Source of the DNA: Lama glama
Lineage: Eukaryota
Assembly: GCA_028534125.1 (NCBI GenBank)
Contig: CM052817.1
Span: 84,446,001-84,510,000, forward strand
DNA length: 64,000 nt
Direction of reading: 5' to 3'
Below the pieces are notes generated by a model. The model ran no database searches, was not told the DNA's origin, and saw nothing but the letters and a program-made list of their open reading frames with translations. This document shows, one piece after another, positions 25,830 through 39,904 of the stretch. Within the stretch, counting starts at the first letter, position 1. Each line of letters starts with the position of its first letter. Both the position numbers and the translations under genes were made by a program.

Positions 25830-27520
25830 CTCCATGTCGCTAAATTCAATGGTCAATTCTTAGAACTCATCCTATTTTACCTACCAAAAGCACCTGACTC
25901 AGCAATCACTCCTTCCTTTACTGATATACTTCCTTCACTTGGTTTTTCAGGACACCATACTTCCTGGTATTCCTCCTATGTCACTCATCTTTTCTCAGCC
26001 TCTTTTGTTGATTCCTTCTCTTTTCCCTTATTTCTTGAGTGTCCCAGACCTTGGTCAAAGATTCTCCTTTTCTATTGATAATTATTTATTACAGTTTCAT
26101 GACTTTAAACACAACTGTATACTGATCATCAAAAACGTCTATCTTTAGTCCAGATTTCTTAACTTAAGTGTTTGTCAATCATTATCATCACAAGGATTTC
26201 CAGTACTTACTGTAAACTCAGCATGGCCCAAACTGGCCCCTTCCTCACCAAATCTGACCACCTGTATACACAGATTTCTCAGTCCACGACGATACAATTC
26301 TTCCAGCTGCTTGTGGAAAAAACTTAGGGTCATCCTTGATGCCTCAGTGTCTCTCTATTGTATCTATCGGAAAATCTTCCTGAATCCACCATAAAAAACA
26401 TTAAAAACATATCCAGAATCTAACCACATCTCACTAACTCCTACTGCTACCACAACAGTTCTAGTCAACATGATTTTTTGCCTGGATTACTGTAACACCT
26501 CCTTACTGATCTCCTTGCTTCCATTCTTTTTTTGGGGCCTCTCTACAGTCTGTTTTCAATGTGGCAGTCACAGTGATCAGTCCTATTAAAATACAAGTCA
26601 GATTATGTCAATCTCCTATTAAAAGCCATTCTTATTTTATTCATAGTTAAAAAAAAAAAGTCCTCATGATGGCCTACAAGGCCCCATATTACCTTGTCTC
26701 CCACCCTCTGGAACATTTCTGACCTTATCTCCTCCAACTCTCCTCCCTGTTTACTCTGTTCCAGATATACTAGTATGAGAAATTGTGAAAATGGCCAAGA
26801 AATTCTTCCCCCTCTACATCCACATCTTTGCAACATGATGTTGAAAATCTTCCCATGAAGAGGGGTATTCTTTTCCCTATCCTGTGAATTTGGGTTAACT
26901 AGGTGACTTGCTTTTCTATGAGTAATTACCAAAAATGATTCAAGAGAGGCTTGAAAATTATCTGTACACTGGGATTTGCACTCTTGCTCCTCTTGCAAAT
27001 CGTGCCATGACCAAGTAAAGAAGTAAGATTTGCCTTGTTGATCTGGTGAAGAAACTGCCAATTGTCAGACTGTTTTATCATCCACTGCCAACTACTAGAC
27101 CATTCTGCTAGCAGACAAACCAGCTGGCTAGAGACAAATAGGCAAGTTCAGCAGACACGCAGCAGGCCCAGACCAGAAACCTGCTCTATTGTCTCCCAAA
27201 TCATAATTTACATAAGTTATTATTTTGAGCCACCAAGTTTTACAATGGTTTGTTACTTAGCAATAGATAAGAGACATCTAGCTTCCTTGCTGTTCCTCAA
27301 GCACATTTCACCTTTGAAATGGTATGTTCTTTACTTGGAACACCCTCCATGTATTGCATGGATAATCTGTTCACATCCTTCAAGTCTTTGTTCAAATCTC
27401 AACCTCTCAGTGAGGCCTACTCTGAATACTCTATTAAAACTCCAATCCCAGCATTGCCCCCAACACTCCAGATCTCTCATCCTGATCTTGTTTTGTTTTG
27501 TTTTTCTCTAGCACTTCATG
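25830..27520 (+). mobile_element. L2 relic interrupted by a second MLT1-type LTR (~26783-27275)
   Basis: L2 motifs (aaattcaatggtcaattct, atatccagaatctaaccacatctcact, cctggattactgtaac) and an MLT1 3' end (ttttgagccaccaagttt...gtttgttacttagcaatagataa). Confidence 0.7.
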
Positions 27521-28072
27521 CTTTAGCAGTTTATGTTTAGTGTCTAGCATTTTTATCATAAAACAATTTTTAAAGGAAGTTGAAAAAATGTATAACAAAA
27601 CATTCAACCAAGTTGGCCTTTCTTTTAACTGTCCTAAATTAGATAAATTTCATTTTAATTTCTCTAACAGTACTAAATTTTTATTTAATAATAATAAACA
27701 ACAATAATAACTAAGACTAACTTAGGGCTAACTATTATGCATTTACTGTTCTAATTGTAATGCTCAATGAATAGATAGCCTATAAAAAAGATACTATTCT
27801 ACTAAAGATGAAAAAGGAATAACTGGAGAGTGAATAAGAATTTTAATAAATATAGTACATCCGTATAGTAGTATACTACATAACATTAAGGTTGAAATAT
27901 TGATATGATGTTCATATTATCAATAAGCAAAAAAAAAGTAGGCTATTAGTGTGTATATCATACTTTTTTTTACTAAAATACTTAAATACACAAACCTAAG
28001 TTATACATTTAAAAAGTTAGTAATAGTTAACTCTAAATAATGGAATTATAAGATTTTTATTTTCCACTTGAA

Positions 28073-28916
28073 TTGTATAATAAAGAATTTGTCTGGTCTC
28101 TGTCTAAGTTTCTGGGATGGAATTTCTGGAGTAATAGCAATAACTTTGTTATTCATAGCAGGCTTTTGGGACTATACCTAAGTTTATGCTAATTAAATGA
28201 CTCAATAGTAGGCCCCTAGATAGTTTCAGGATGTGAGCAGGTTGGCTGGAAAGGCCAACCATGTAATTACGGGGTTGGAACTTTGAGCCATGTCATACAG
28301 GCCCAACCTCCTGACTCTCAGGGAGGAGAAGAGGTATGGAGATTAAGTTCAAACAAGTGATCAATGATTCATTCAGTCAGTCATATAACACTTAAAATTC
28401 AAAAGAGTTTTGTTCTATGATGCAGTCATTATAAATATAATTTAATTGTAACACCAATTTATTTACATTTAGTATAAATCATATGTATATAATAAAATCC
28501 CAATAAAAACTCAGGACACCAAGGCTTAGCTGATCTTCCTGGTTGGTGAATACACTGACGTGCAAGAGGGTGACACACCCTGATTCCATGGGTAGAGGAC
28601 GTGGAAGCTCTGCTTTTGGGACCTTTCTAGATTTCACCCAATAAGTCTCTTCTTCTGGCTGGTTCTGATTTATGTCCTTTGTAATAAAATTTTAATCCTA
28701 AGTGCAGTGCTTTCCTTAGTTTTCTAAGCCATTTTAGAGCACTATCAAGCCTGGGAGGTTAGTGGGAACACTCACATTTATAGTCAACTGGTCACAAGTG
28801 CAGGTGGCCTGGGAGCCATGAACTCGTGACTGGTGTCTGTGTGGGTGTAGTCATGTTGGGGATTGTGCTTTTAACCTGTGGAATCTGTATTAACTTACTG
28901 CCAGAACTGTACTGCA
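28073..28916 (+). mobile_element. MER21-like solo LTR
   Basis: tgtataataaagaatttgtctggtctctgtc...agtttatgctaa...ggcccctagatagtttcaggatg...cccaataaaaactcaggacac. Confidence 0.8.
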
Positions 28917-29963
28917 ATTTGACATACTGTCATACTATCTAAAGATTTTTTTTATAATGGATGTAATTACTTTCATAATTTAAAAAACTACTTTCACTTT
29001 GAAAAAAGAGTAATAAGATCCTGCAATTAAATAAATCACTGCTATTTTAACTATAAAATCAGTAACATCAAAAGAAATAAGAGGACCAAATAAGAGCCCA
29101 CAAGTAAAAATGTCTGGGGAAAAGAAGGTAAATTTGTTAAACTAAATTTAAAAGTTCATGAAGGCAATAAAATTAAAATATTTTTAAATGGCATATAAGA
29201 TTTTGTAAAATAAGTGTTTCTTAAAAAAAATAAAGTATTATTTGGCAGGGCAAAATCATGATGGTAGGAAAAACAAAATGAATAGCAAGATTCCTTTAAT
29301 AAACAGTAACCTACATTTCTTATAAAATATAAATTTCCATTACAATTTAAAGATATTTCTATATGACAGCATCACAGCACAAAATCTTATATGACTACAC
29401 TTCTGAATTTTAAGTATTGTAACTAAGGGGAATGAAAAGTGAAAAGTTCTTTGGTCATTTAGGGTTTTTTCAGTAAAGTCGATTAATGCAATGATTATTA
29501 AATCACTGGACCATAATATACATATGGTATTAAGCTGTCTGATTTTTAAAAACCTCTTATTGGCTGCCTTCTCCTCCCCCTCCCTGCTTTACTTCCCCAC
29601 TCCTCCACTGGTGCTCCCTAGTATTATCTCTAAGTAAACTGATGCACTTTGGGACTTTTAGGGTCTGCTTATGGGGGAATCCAAAAAGAAATATGTGTAG
29701 AAAAACTTAAAGAGAACTGATTTTCTTCCACAAACACTGGTTTTGCCATCATGGAACATCCCTTCATATATATATTATAGCTGCCTCCTAACAGTCTTGA
29801 TTTCAGTCTCTTCTTGTCCCCAAAGAACATACATACAAAAAGCTACTGACAGAAGATTAAAAGGGAGGGGAAAAAAAAACTTATGGGAAAAATTATGACA
29901 TCATCACTTTCTTTGAAGAAAAATAATTATTAATAAATTAACAAAAATCATTTCTGAAAATAC

Positions 29964-30034
29964 CTAAGTTGTTTTCGGAGTTGCTCGATTTCCACATTTT
30001 GTTCAGTTACTGTTTTCAGAAAGTGTTGATTAGT
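29964..30034 (-). CDS. SCLT1: SCLT1 exon 9 (71 nt), TNQHFLKTVTEQNVEIEQLRKQL(R)
   Basis: ttttttcttgtggcag|ACTAAT...CTTAG|gtattt; phase 0 to 2. Confidence 0.95.
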
Positions 30035-30179
30035 CTGCCACAAGAAAAAAAAAACATTCAGTATTAGAACATTTAAAACTACATCTTTAAATGCTAACTA
30101 CAGGAGTATACAAGTAGAAGAAAATAAAATGAAGTCATGATGATTATTAGATTTTTCGATGGTAAAATATAACCCTGGC

Positions 30180-30640
30180 CACCTTTCCCTGCCTTTACTA
30201 CTTCAGTAGGTGCCTGCTTCCCTTCAAACCACCTGCATCCTCACTTCTGTGACTTCTGGCTTTCTCTGGCTTTCTGAGCCGCCTTTGTTCACCTAACTAT
30301 GCAGAAGGCTATAGGTGTTGTAGACTTCATGTTCCCAGTCTGTTCTGGAAGAGCTCAATAACAAAGATTGAAGGGAACTGGTGTGTAAAAATCCCTAACT
30401 CCCATGTCCCATGGTGGAATATCTCTGAGCCCTGTGTTCTAAACTGGGTTCCAGAGTTCATCAGTGGGATTAAGTTTCAGTTACCCACAGTGTTAATTTG
30501 CTCGATTGTTAAAAGTCCTTTATTGGCTGCCTTATCTTCCCTTCCCAGTCTCATTTCTCCACTCCCCTACTGGTACTTCCTGGTATTATCTCCTAAATAA
30601 GTGACATGCTTTGGAACTCCTTTCCCAGAGTCTACTAATG
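30180..30640 (+). mobile_element. LTR16-like ERVL LTR relic
   Basis: ccagagttcatcagtgggattaag...cctttattggctgcctt...ccactcccctactggtacttcctgg...ctcctaaataa. Confidence 0.6.
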
Positions 30641-33600
30641 CTACAGAAAGATGTGAAGCATTCTTCTAAGTGTAGAAAAAAATTATCATGATGGTACAAA
30701 TTCCTCATCCTTACCTACATGCCTTATAGGCAAAGTCACATAAATTATACTTACCTCCTAACTGATAGTCTTGATTTCAGTCTCTTTCCATTCTAACAAA
30801 TCATACATACCTCTCCAACCAAACTCCCTGAGGCAGTTTTCACTGTGCTTTTCTCACACCCTACCCAATTTCATTGACTTCACATTTTTAATACACTTTG
30901 GTATTTCCCTCTACCTGGGATGTCATCATTCTGCCAGCAGTCAGCCCTGCATATACTGAGTGATTCACTGACTCTAAGGTAGAATTAATTGTTTAGTTTT
31001 TGCATTTTGATAAGACTTTACATATACTTTTACGATGCACACTGCCCTTAAGTACTATATTTAAAGTTTATGTATTCCTGGCTATAATATGAGCCTGTTT
31101 TTGAAGACTAGCTTCACCTAGAACTCCCAGCATCTAACACATGATTTAGTACATTCTAAGTACTATACTTTTAAGGAATTAATGAACAAATGCCTTTACT
31201 GAGACATGAAAGAGTCTGAGAACTGAATCTTTATCTTGGGAAGTAGATTGTTCCAGACAAGAATTTAGTATTTAATTCATAGACCACAATTTAAAAGACC
31301 AACTATAGTACACACAGAAAGACGGCCAGACTAATGAGAGGTAAGTAAATTATACCACACCAGAAAAGTTAAAAACAAAACACTGGGTGTAACACCGGGC
31401 ATGAGTCATGAAAGACATAATGGGTATATGCAAATAACTGAAGGATTGACTTGAAAAAGAAATGAGCTTGTTGTATGTTACTCCAAGAGATAAAATCATG
31501 TATCAGTGGGAGGAAATCTAGTAAGAGATTTTATCTTTCTAATAATCAGAGTTCAAAGAAACAGGCTCTTAGTGGAAATGACAATATGTCTTACAGAGGA
31601 TATTCAAAGCAAAGGCTAGAGGATCATCTGAAAAGCATTTAATAGAATTTTATATATCATTTGAGGGAACAGATGACCTTTAATATCATTTCAAATTCTC
31701 CTGTGAAGCTGTCTCAGTGACCTCAGCCCAAACTGATTCACATCTCTGAATTCCTGTATAATATTTGTAATGCACCATAACATTTTATTATGTACAGTCT
31801 TGGACATAGCATAAGTAATTCTTGTGTTTCGTACTATTTGGGAGCACCTTAAAGGTAAATTATGTAAAGAGATTAGCAGAAGTATAAATTAGAATTGTGA
31901 ATTCTAAGAAGCTAGTGTTGGAAACAAACACATGCAACTTGCTAGCAAGTGTAGTAAGAGCTCAATAACTGCATCTGAACATGGCTTTATTTTTTATTTG
32001 TGATTACAAAGAAAATTATATCAATGTTACAGAATTTGTAGATTCCTAAAGGTCCAGGGAAGTATCCCTTTACATCATCTATCTTATCACTGATTATTTC
32101 AGTTGGCATTTATCAAATAGACAGGGGCTTTGTGGATACATGCACATTTCTCTTACAACGAAAGAACCTATGGCAGTGGAAGGAACTTAATATGAAATTA
32201 ACAAATATTTTTGGGTTACTTTATGGAGATGAGTAAATCTCAAGAAAAATACAATTTCAGTAAAGAGAATCTCTTGGAAATGTGAACTTATTGTATCTCT
32301 AGTAATAATAAATAAATATAAATTTGTATTTTATGTACCATTCAGGTCAGGGCATTTTACCTTCTGCATATTATTAAAGTGCACTGGTTATAAAAGATTA
32401 TTTATTTTTTGTATATTCATCAATTTCTTGTACATCTGTAGGAACTTATTCATTTAATGAGTTTATTTATGTAATCTGAAAAATTTTTAATGGACATTGT
32501 TTGATTTTTGACTCAAACTTGCTCCTATGACCACACTCTGAATGCTCTCTGAGACTTAAAAAATCTTTATAACCATTTAACTATCTCCCTTTACACTTGG
32601 TAGAGTCTTGTTTGATACCACAGTGTCCGATACATTAAGAAAAACTCTTAAGTCTTAAAAATTTCTCTTAGCCATTTTTCTTTAACTACCAGGATAGTCT
32701 TTTATTTGTTCTTTGTAACACAATGCTTCATCCATCTTGTCACTCCTTTATCACTTTTATTGTAGCCATAGGTTATTATTCTTAGTTTTGGTCTGAAACT
32801 ATGAATTCTTGTGCTTTAGAAATTTTTAATGTATTCAAGTATTCTTTCCCCATGACTTTTATCAGAATGGTTTTGGGTTGTATATAACAATATATAGGCT
32901 CTGTGGTATAAAATATCAAAGGACTAGATAATCTGCACAATTCTAGCAAATATTAAAAGAATAAACAATTGTGATGTTAGGTTAGACTATTAATATCATG
33001 TAGAAATAGGATATCTTAATTATGGAAATCAGTCATCATTTTATTCTGGAGTACTTTAATACTGTTTTAAAACTCTAAGAAGTCACATTATCAAAAATTG
33101 TAAGTGAATAGAAATTCTAAATGTTAACATAAGTAAAATAGGGAGAAATTTATTTAATAATTTTTTACATGGTTAAAGGAGAAAATTTTAAAAAGAAGAA
33201 TGAGATCAAATAAACTTACTTTTGATGGCACAACTCCACTCTTAAAGACATTTTTCATTATGTACTAATAAGAATTAACAGGGTAACTAAGCAAAATGAA
33301 GAAAGGAAAAGAGGAATTACCTGGGATGTCATAATCCTATTACTCAACAAAAGGTAACATAAAATTCCAAGAAGGAAAAGAAAAGAAGAGAAAAAGAAAA
33401 TAAAAGTGAGAGAAGAAAAAAGGTAAAAAGGCAGAACTGGGAAGACTAATTGTATTTCTTTCAGGAAAAAATTACAAGGGAATTTAGGTGCACCAATTTA
33501 GGTGACTGGTGGTCAATCAACTAACAAGTGGTTCTTAGTATCCTATTATTTTTAAGGATTTGGGCTATTCATCTGTCTAACAGTTCAACTATTTTCTTTA

Positions 33601-33950
33601 TATACCTAACCGTGTTCTAGATGAAATACTAAGAACAAAACCTAAGTCCTACTCTTGAGAAGCTAACAGTCTAGATTACTGTCAAGAGATCTTACTAAGG
33701 ACCCAAAGAGTATTTTCAGATTAGAATATATTTCAGATAGCTGTTAATTTTAGATCTCTAGAAACTACTATGAATGCTCATGTCTTGCTATTGAATGTGA
33801 AAGAAAAAGACAGATAAAAAGCAAAAAGTACTGCCTACCTATTTTTAGTTTTTTCTTATTGATTTGCCTTAGCAAAAAATAAATATTATTACTTAGAGTG
33901 ACACTTTCTAGTTTATATAACAAGGGCACTAAGTGGATATTTTCACTTAC

Positions 33951-34016
33951 CATTTCTATGTTCTCATTAGTAACATGAAGTTGCTTGGTTAGTTGTTGAA
34001 AATTGGTCAGCTGATC
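33951..34016 (-). CDS. SCLT1: SCLT1 exon 8 (66 nt), DQLTNFQQLTKQLHVTNENIEM
   Basis: ccttcctactgtag|GATCAG...GAAATG|gtaagt; phase 0 to 0. Confidence 0.95.
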
Positions 34017-35704
34017 CTACAGTAGGAAGGTAGAGGGGGTACATAAATAGCATTTTGTTTACAGCCCATATTTAAAATTAAACTAAAATCATGTCTAAAT
34101 TCATTATGCCTAAGTCTAGAAGACATCAGTTATATTCCTTCTAACAATTATTGTGAGTTAACAGTTGAAATGAAAAAATAAATTTTTTAATAATTACAAA
34201 ATTAAACAAAGTGGTAACATGGAAACTAATATAAGAATCTATGTTTTATGTGAAATCATTATTTCTAGAACTCAATCCATTAATAAATAGATATGCTAGA
34301 AAGACCTTACTCAATACTGAAAAACCACATTCAAACCTATTTAAAACCTACAATATAAATCACAGTCCAGGAGTTATTGTGCCTTTCCCCTCTTTAAAAC
34401 TCTCATGGCTTGAATGACCCACAAGTTTTAAATTTTTTGATTATCTGTTACAATCTGATTCAACATTATATGAGCAGATGACACAAGGTTAGGAAGGGTT
34501 GCTATTACATCACGTAACAGAACTCAAAACTGATAGGTAACTAGGGAAATAAGGACAAAGTATTATTTGTAAAGTCTTGCACCCCCTAAAACCCAAAGAA
34601 AATCCTCCCCTGCAAAAAAACCAAAACCCTAACTGCATAGCAATAGCATAAGACTGATCTTATTCAGGTAGAAAAATACTCCAAAAACCTAAAGGCTTAG
34701 TTGTTTGACCTAAATGAAGAAACAGCCTTAAAGAACATACTTGTATTGGAAATGGTTTCTAGATCTCAGGGTAAGAGTTATGGCTTAGACTACATGAGGG
34801 TTATTTTCAAACCAGGGCATGTATGAAAAACTCATTTTGTTAACTGCAAAGCATCATTAAGCATTATTATGACTTCTTTAGGTAGAAATTTCTGGTTATA
34901 ATAATAATAATAGGAACAGTCACAAACTGGAATTTGAAAAGCCTATAAATGAGAGTTGAAGATAGGCATGATAACTAATATATTTAAACAGCTGTCTTCT
35001 CAAAATCCACCGGAAAAGGATAAGAATTGGAATTACTCCATAGTTTTCAATATACCTAGCAGAAAAACAATCAACGGAAAGATAAAGGAGGTAGATTTTC
35101 CAATGGAATGGATGGTCATGTGAGATAGTGAATTCTTGTCAACAGAGGTATAAAGCAGAAGATTGATGCCCATTTTGAAAGAATATAAAATGATTCTTGC
35201 TTTGAATAGAAAGAAGTCCTTAATAACCATTAAGATTCTTTCCTATTGTAAAATCCTATTCTGATTAATTTATGTTAGACAAACTTCACACGAATTTTAG
35301 TAAAAGGTCATATTTAATGTTGTTAACGTTTTCATTTTATATGGCATTGTCACTACATTTGAGTAGGCTTCTTCATTGTCTATGATCTAATGAACAGTTT
35401 TTGTCTTTTTTAAGCCAGGTAGAAAATCAAGAACATAAAAGCTTTGGAGGTCCATTTACACATAATAATCTTACAGGGTGTTTCTCAGCACTAATTACAG
35501 CTTTCACTACTAATCACATTTTAAAACCCAACGTACACTAGGCACATAATTATCTTATGTGTTCAAGAGACTTCTAACCACCAAAGACCTATTTACTACC
35601 AACATAAATAACACAGTAGAGACTCAGGCATTCTTTCCAAACTTAATTTCTCCAGAATGCAACTTCTTATCGATATATAAGAAAACCATGACATACAAGA
35701 TTAC

Positions 35705-35827
35705 CTTTTGTTTTTGACTTTCTACTATATGAATCTGGGCCTCAGTCATATGTTCCTGGTAAAGTTTCTGCAATCTATTCAACTCTTGAGAAACAGTCTG
35801 CCAGAGTTCCACAGCCTGAGTTTTTTC
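35705..35827 (-). CDS. SCLT1: SCLT1 exon 7 (123 nt), EKTQAVELWQTVSQELNRLQKLYQEHMTEAQIHIVESQKQK
   Basis: ttttttaatag|GAAAAA...CAAAAG|gtaatc; overlaps the ORF-track entry 35624..35812. Confidence 0.96.
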
Positions 35828-36499
35828 CTATTAAAAAATTTTGAGAACTCATTAAATTATTAGCAGGCTATTGCACAGCACAAATGAATCATTTTCTTTT
35901 ACAGAAGGAATTCTTGTATACAAAGACACAAAATAAAAACAGAACTTATTTAAAGGTGGTACAGTCATAATATTTTTGATTAAGTTTATTAATAATTATA
36001 AACTCAATTATTAAACTTAAATTTAGAAAAAAATCAAAAGATAAAAATTCCTTAGTTTGAAATCTTTTTATTTGGATTTCATAAATAAAATTAAAACCCT
36101 TCAATCAGAGGTAGACGTTTAAACCACTCTTCCTGTTCCACAAGAAAGTGTAAGCCACAGAAATATCTAAAAAAACTTCCTTGGTAAAGTATAAGTTTTT
36201 TTTCTGACTGCAAAAGTAATAAATGTTTATTGTAGAAAATTAGGAAAATACAGAAAAATAGAGAAGATAAAATAATCTGATAGTTTTAACACCTGATATA
36301 ATAAATATTGCTAACATCTGAATACAATCATCTTTATAAATGTTGGATGTATTCTTGTTTATAAATATGATTTGGGGGGAGAATTTTGTATTTTTTTTTC
36401 TTTTAACAAAATTGGGAATCATATAGTGTGCTGTTTGTATTGTACTATTTTCACTTGGCAGTTTATAAGAAGAATTTTCTCTAGTCATTATTCTTTCAT

Positions 36500-36830
36500 T
36501 AGAGCAATTCTCAAAGAGTGGTATGGGATTCCCAGAAGACAAAATTATGTTCATAATAATAGAAAGACATTATTTGCCCATTTCACCCTCATCCTCTGAT
36601 AAATGTACAGTGGAGGTTTCCAAAGTTTATGTGATGTGATGTGTGATGCTGTCACTGCTCTGGTGGCTACCGAAATGTATTCTCATGCTCCCATTTGTTT
36701 TAAAAAATCTTAGTTTTAATTAGTAATATGATAAATACCCCACGAAAATAAAAAGCTCTTTCAAGTCCTCAATAATTTTTAAGCATCCTAAGGAGGGATC
36801 CTTCACCAAAAAGGTTGAGAAACTCTAAGC
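36500..36830. mobile_element. Charlie1-like hAT element, internally deleted
   Basis: aattctcaaagagtgg...ttcataataatagaaagacattatttgcc...tgtacagtggaggtttcc and the terminal gtcctcaataatttttaag...aaaaggttgagaaac. Confidence 0.7.
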
Positions 36831-37370
36831 TAGCATACAGAAAGCGTTTTTCTCTTTTTAGAGAAGTGGAAACTAAGGTTCAAGCTTTTGGCCTACAGTC
36901 CCTCAGCAAGTTGTTGACAGAGTCAAGAAGAAACCTCTTTGTCTCTAAAGTCCAAGCTTTTAACTCCCAGGTCAGTGATAATCCTCTCTCAGTTTTAGTA
37001 AGCAGGTAAGAAGGTGTAGTGAAAAGATACACATTTTTGGAACATAATGAGTATATACTTAAAATACATCTTTATAAGTTTTAAGGAAACTATTGCTGAG
37101 GTATAACCTGCAGCCAAAAACACACAAATCATAAATTTGTATAGCAAGTGAACCCATGTAACTGGGCCCCAATTCAAGAAAGAGAACATTATTACCAGCA
37201 CCTAGAAGATGCCCTGCTCTCTTCTAGATACCATGAATCTCCCCCAAAAGAACCATTATTCTGACTTCGAAAATCATTGAATTAGTTTTGCCTAAAACAT
37301 AGTCTTAAAATTTATACACAAAAGCAAATCTGGAACCATTAGACTTGGGTTGGATTTCTAATCCTGACTG

Positions 37371-37432
37371 AATAACCCTGGACAGTTTATTTTATTTCCT
37401 TAATAATCCTGGACAGTTTATTTTATTTCCTT
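37371..37432. repeat. 31-bp tandem duplication
   Basis: aataaCcctggacagtttattttatttcctt / aataaTcctggacagtttattttatttcctt (30/31 identical). Confidence 0.95.
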
Positions 37433-37487
37433 AAGACTTTCTTTTCAATAGAATGATCATTAAAATCCCTCATACTTCAAAAGACTG

Positions 37488-37711
37488 CAGTTTTCCAAAC
37501 CTGCCTGACGATAAGAATCATCTGGATTACTAGTTAGAAAATGTAGATTCTCCTAGACCAGTGGTTCTCAAAGGACTAGCAGCAATGCCATAGGACCTGT
37601 TAGAAATGTAAACTGAACCATATCCCAGACTTCCTGAATCAGAAGCTTGGGTGAGGGGTGACAATCTTTATTTCAATAAGCTCTCGGGTGATTAAAATTT
37701 GAGAACCACCG
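37488..37711. mobile_element. MER5-type hAT elements (MER5A at ~37559-37711 abutting a MER5B-like piece)
   Basis: cagtggttctcaaa...tgttagaaatgtaaa...ctgaatcagaa...tttgagaaccac TIR pair. Confidence 0.75.
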
Positions 37712-39404
37712 TACTAATACATAAACCAATCATTTGGAAAAAATGTTATTTCAGTGACTCCATATTTTTAGATTTTTAAACAACTTCAGTTTTTAAATAT
37801 CAAAACAATACTATAATACTACAGTTTCTTAGGACAGATTGCTAGAATCTATGTGGTATCACCACCTAATTGGTCAAAGGATATGAACATTTCTAGGGTT
37901 CTTTTTGCTAAACTTCCCTCCAGAAAAAATATTACAAATCACATTTTTATAGAACAAAATACTCCAAGCTAAAAATACTAAGTTAGGTGTATGATAGTAC
38001 ATTAGTGTTATCAGCAACCAAAGCAATTATACTTGCTCTAAACAGAAACTTTTGCACCTAATTTTAATTCTTCTTTGTTTATCTTGCTGTGAAATATGAT
38101 GATAAAAATAATAGGTAAATTTATGAACGTACATATATGCTGGGCATTATCCTAAGTGTTACATGGGAATTTAAAAATTTAATTCCCATAAGAACTCCAT
38201 AAGATAAGAATTATTATAATCTCCATACGTAAATAAGGAAGGTGAAGCACAAAGAAGTTCCCCAAGATCAAAGAGCCAGAAAGTAGAATGGAGACCAAAC
38301 TCAAGACGTTTGACCAGACTTCTTCCTAAAGCCTGTGCGTTTCACGAAAGCAGAAGCCAACATTCTTCACTGTATTATCAACATGAAGCACAGTGACTCA
38401 TATCTAATAGATACCTAGTAAATATTTGTGCAATGAATGAAGATTATTTGTTAAATTCTCTGTACTTATTACTTTAATGAAGCATAATATAATGAAGAGT
38501 TCTCTTTTCCTTCAATTTTCTACTATAAATTGTATTTCATTTAGTTTTTATCTGTTCAGTTAGGATTCAACTAGTCTTCATGCATGACACAAAGGTCTTT
38601 CAATCTACTGATGAATACAAAAACAATGTGTTTCATCAGAACTTTAAAAACAAAATACATAAACATGTATGTATAAATAATAGGCAGGATTAACATTTGA
38701 TATTATTGTTTATGGATTTATTAACATTTTCTATTATTCATACTTTACAAAAATGCCTAAATTTTCATACTGTTAAAACTTCATATTTATATACAAAGTA
38801 CATTAGGGATTTTGTGGGAAAATTTGTTTTGAACACATCTGTGTTTTTTCTTTTTGACTGCTCAAACTTAAACCTCACCAGATCTTCTATGAAGTAATAA
38901 TCCAAAATGCAGCAAAAAAGTAGGACCTTCTTCAGAAACATAATACAGTACTAGGCAAGATACAGATGGAGATAGGCAAAGAGAGGAGAAGCTAAGGGAG
39001 AAAAAGGTGAGAAATGAGAACAACTGGATTTAAAAAAATAATAATTTTCAAGTTTTAATAAAATTTAGCATTGGAAATTATAGTGACAAAAGTACTACAC
39101 AGAGATGATTTTTAGAGGCAGGATTCTTTTTCGTTTTGTTTCGTTTTTTGAAACTACAAATCTTACCCAGTTTTGCACTCCACTTTCTTTTTATAAATTA
39201 AACTAATTTTTTTTTGGTTTCCCTGAGGTATGACTGACAAATAATCATTGCCTATAGGTAAGGTGTACAAGAGAGGGTTATTTTACGTATGGTCTGTCAC
39301 AGTACTTTTCAGGAGTAATAAGAAATGTTTATTCTGATACAGCTTTCAAAAGAGAGCATTAATAAGTCTAAATTATTTTCATTTAATTCTAATAATTAAT
39401 AAAT

Positions 39405-39904
39405 NNNNNNNNNNNNNNNNNNNNNNNNNNNNNNNNNNNNNNNNNNNNNNNNNNNNNNNNNNNNNNNNNNNNNNNNNNNNNNNNNNNNNNNNNNNNNNNN
39501 NNNNNNNNNNNNNNNNNNNNNNNNNNNNNNNNNNNNNNNNNNNNNNNNNNNNNNNNNNNNNNNNNNNNNNNNNNNNNNNNNNNNNNNNNNNNNNNNNNNN
39601 NNNNNNNNNNNNNNNNNNNNNNNNNNNNNNNNNNNNNNNNNNNNNNNNNNNNNNNNNNNNNNNNNNNNNNNNNNNNNNNNNNNNNNNNNNNNNNNNNNNN
39701 NNNNNNNNNNNNNNNNNNNNNNNNNNNNNNNNNNNNNNNNNNNNNNNNNNNNNNNNNNNNNNNNNNNNNNNNNNNNNNNNNNNNNNNNNNNNNNNNNNNN
39801 NNNNNNNNNNNNNNNNNNNNNNNNNNNNNNNNNNNNNNNNNNNNNNNNNNNNNNNNNNNNNNNNNNNNNNNNNNNNNNNNNNNNNNNNNNNNNNNNNNNN
39901 NNNN
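39405..39904. other. Assembly gap (500 N)
   Basis: Run of exactly 500 n. Confidence 1.

Noticed and set aside
26603..27707. Cluster of 70-150 aa ORFs
   Set aside because: They lie within L2 and MLT1 relics; several have non-ATG starts and none resembles a protein I recognise.
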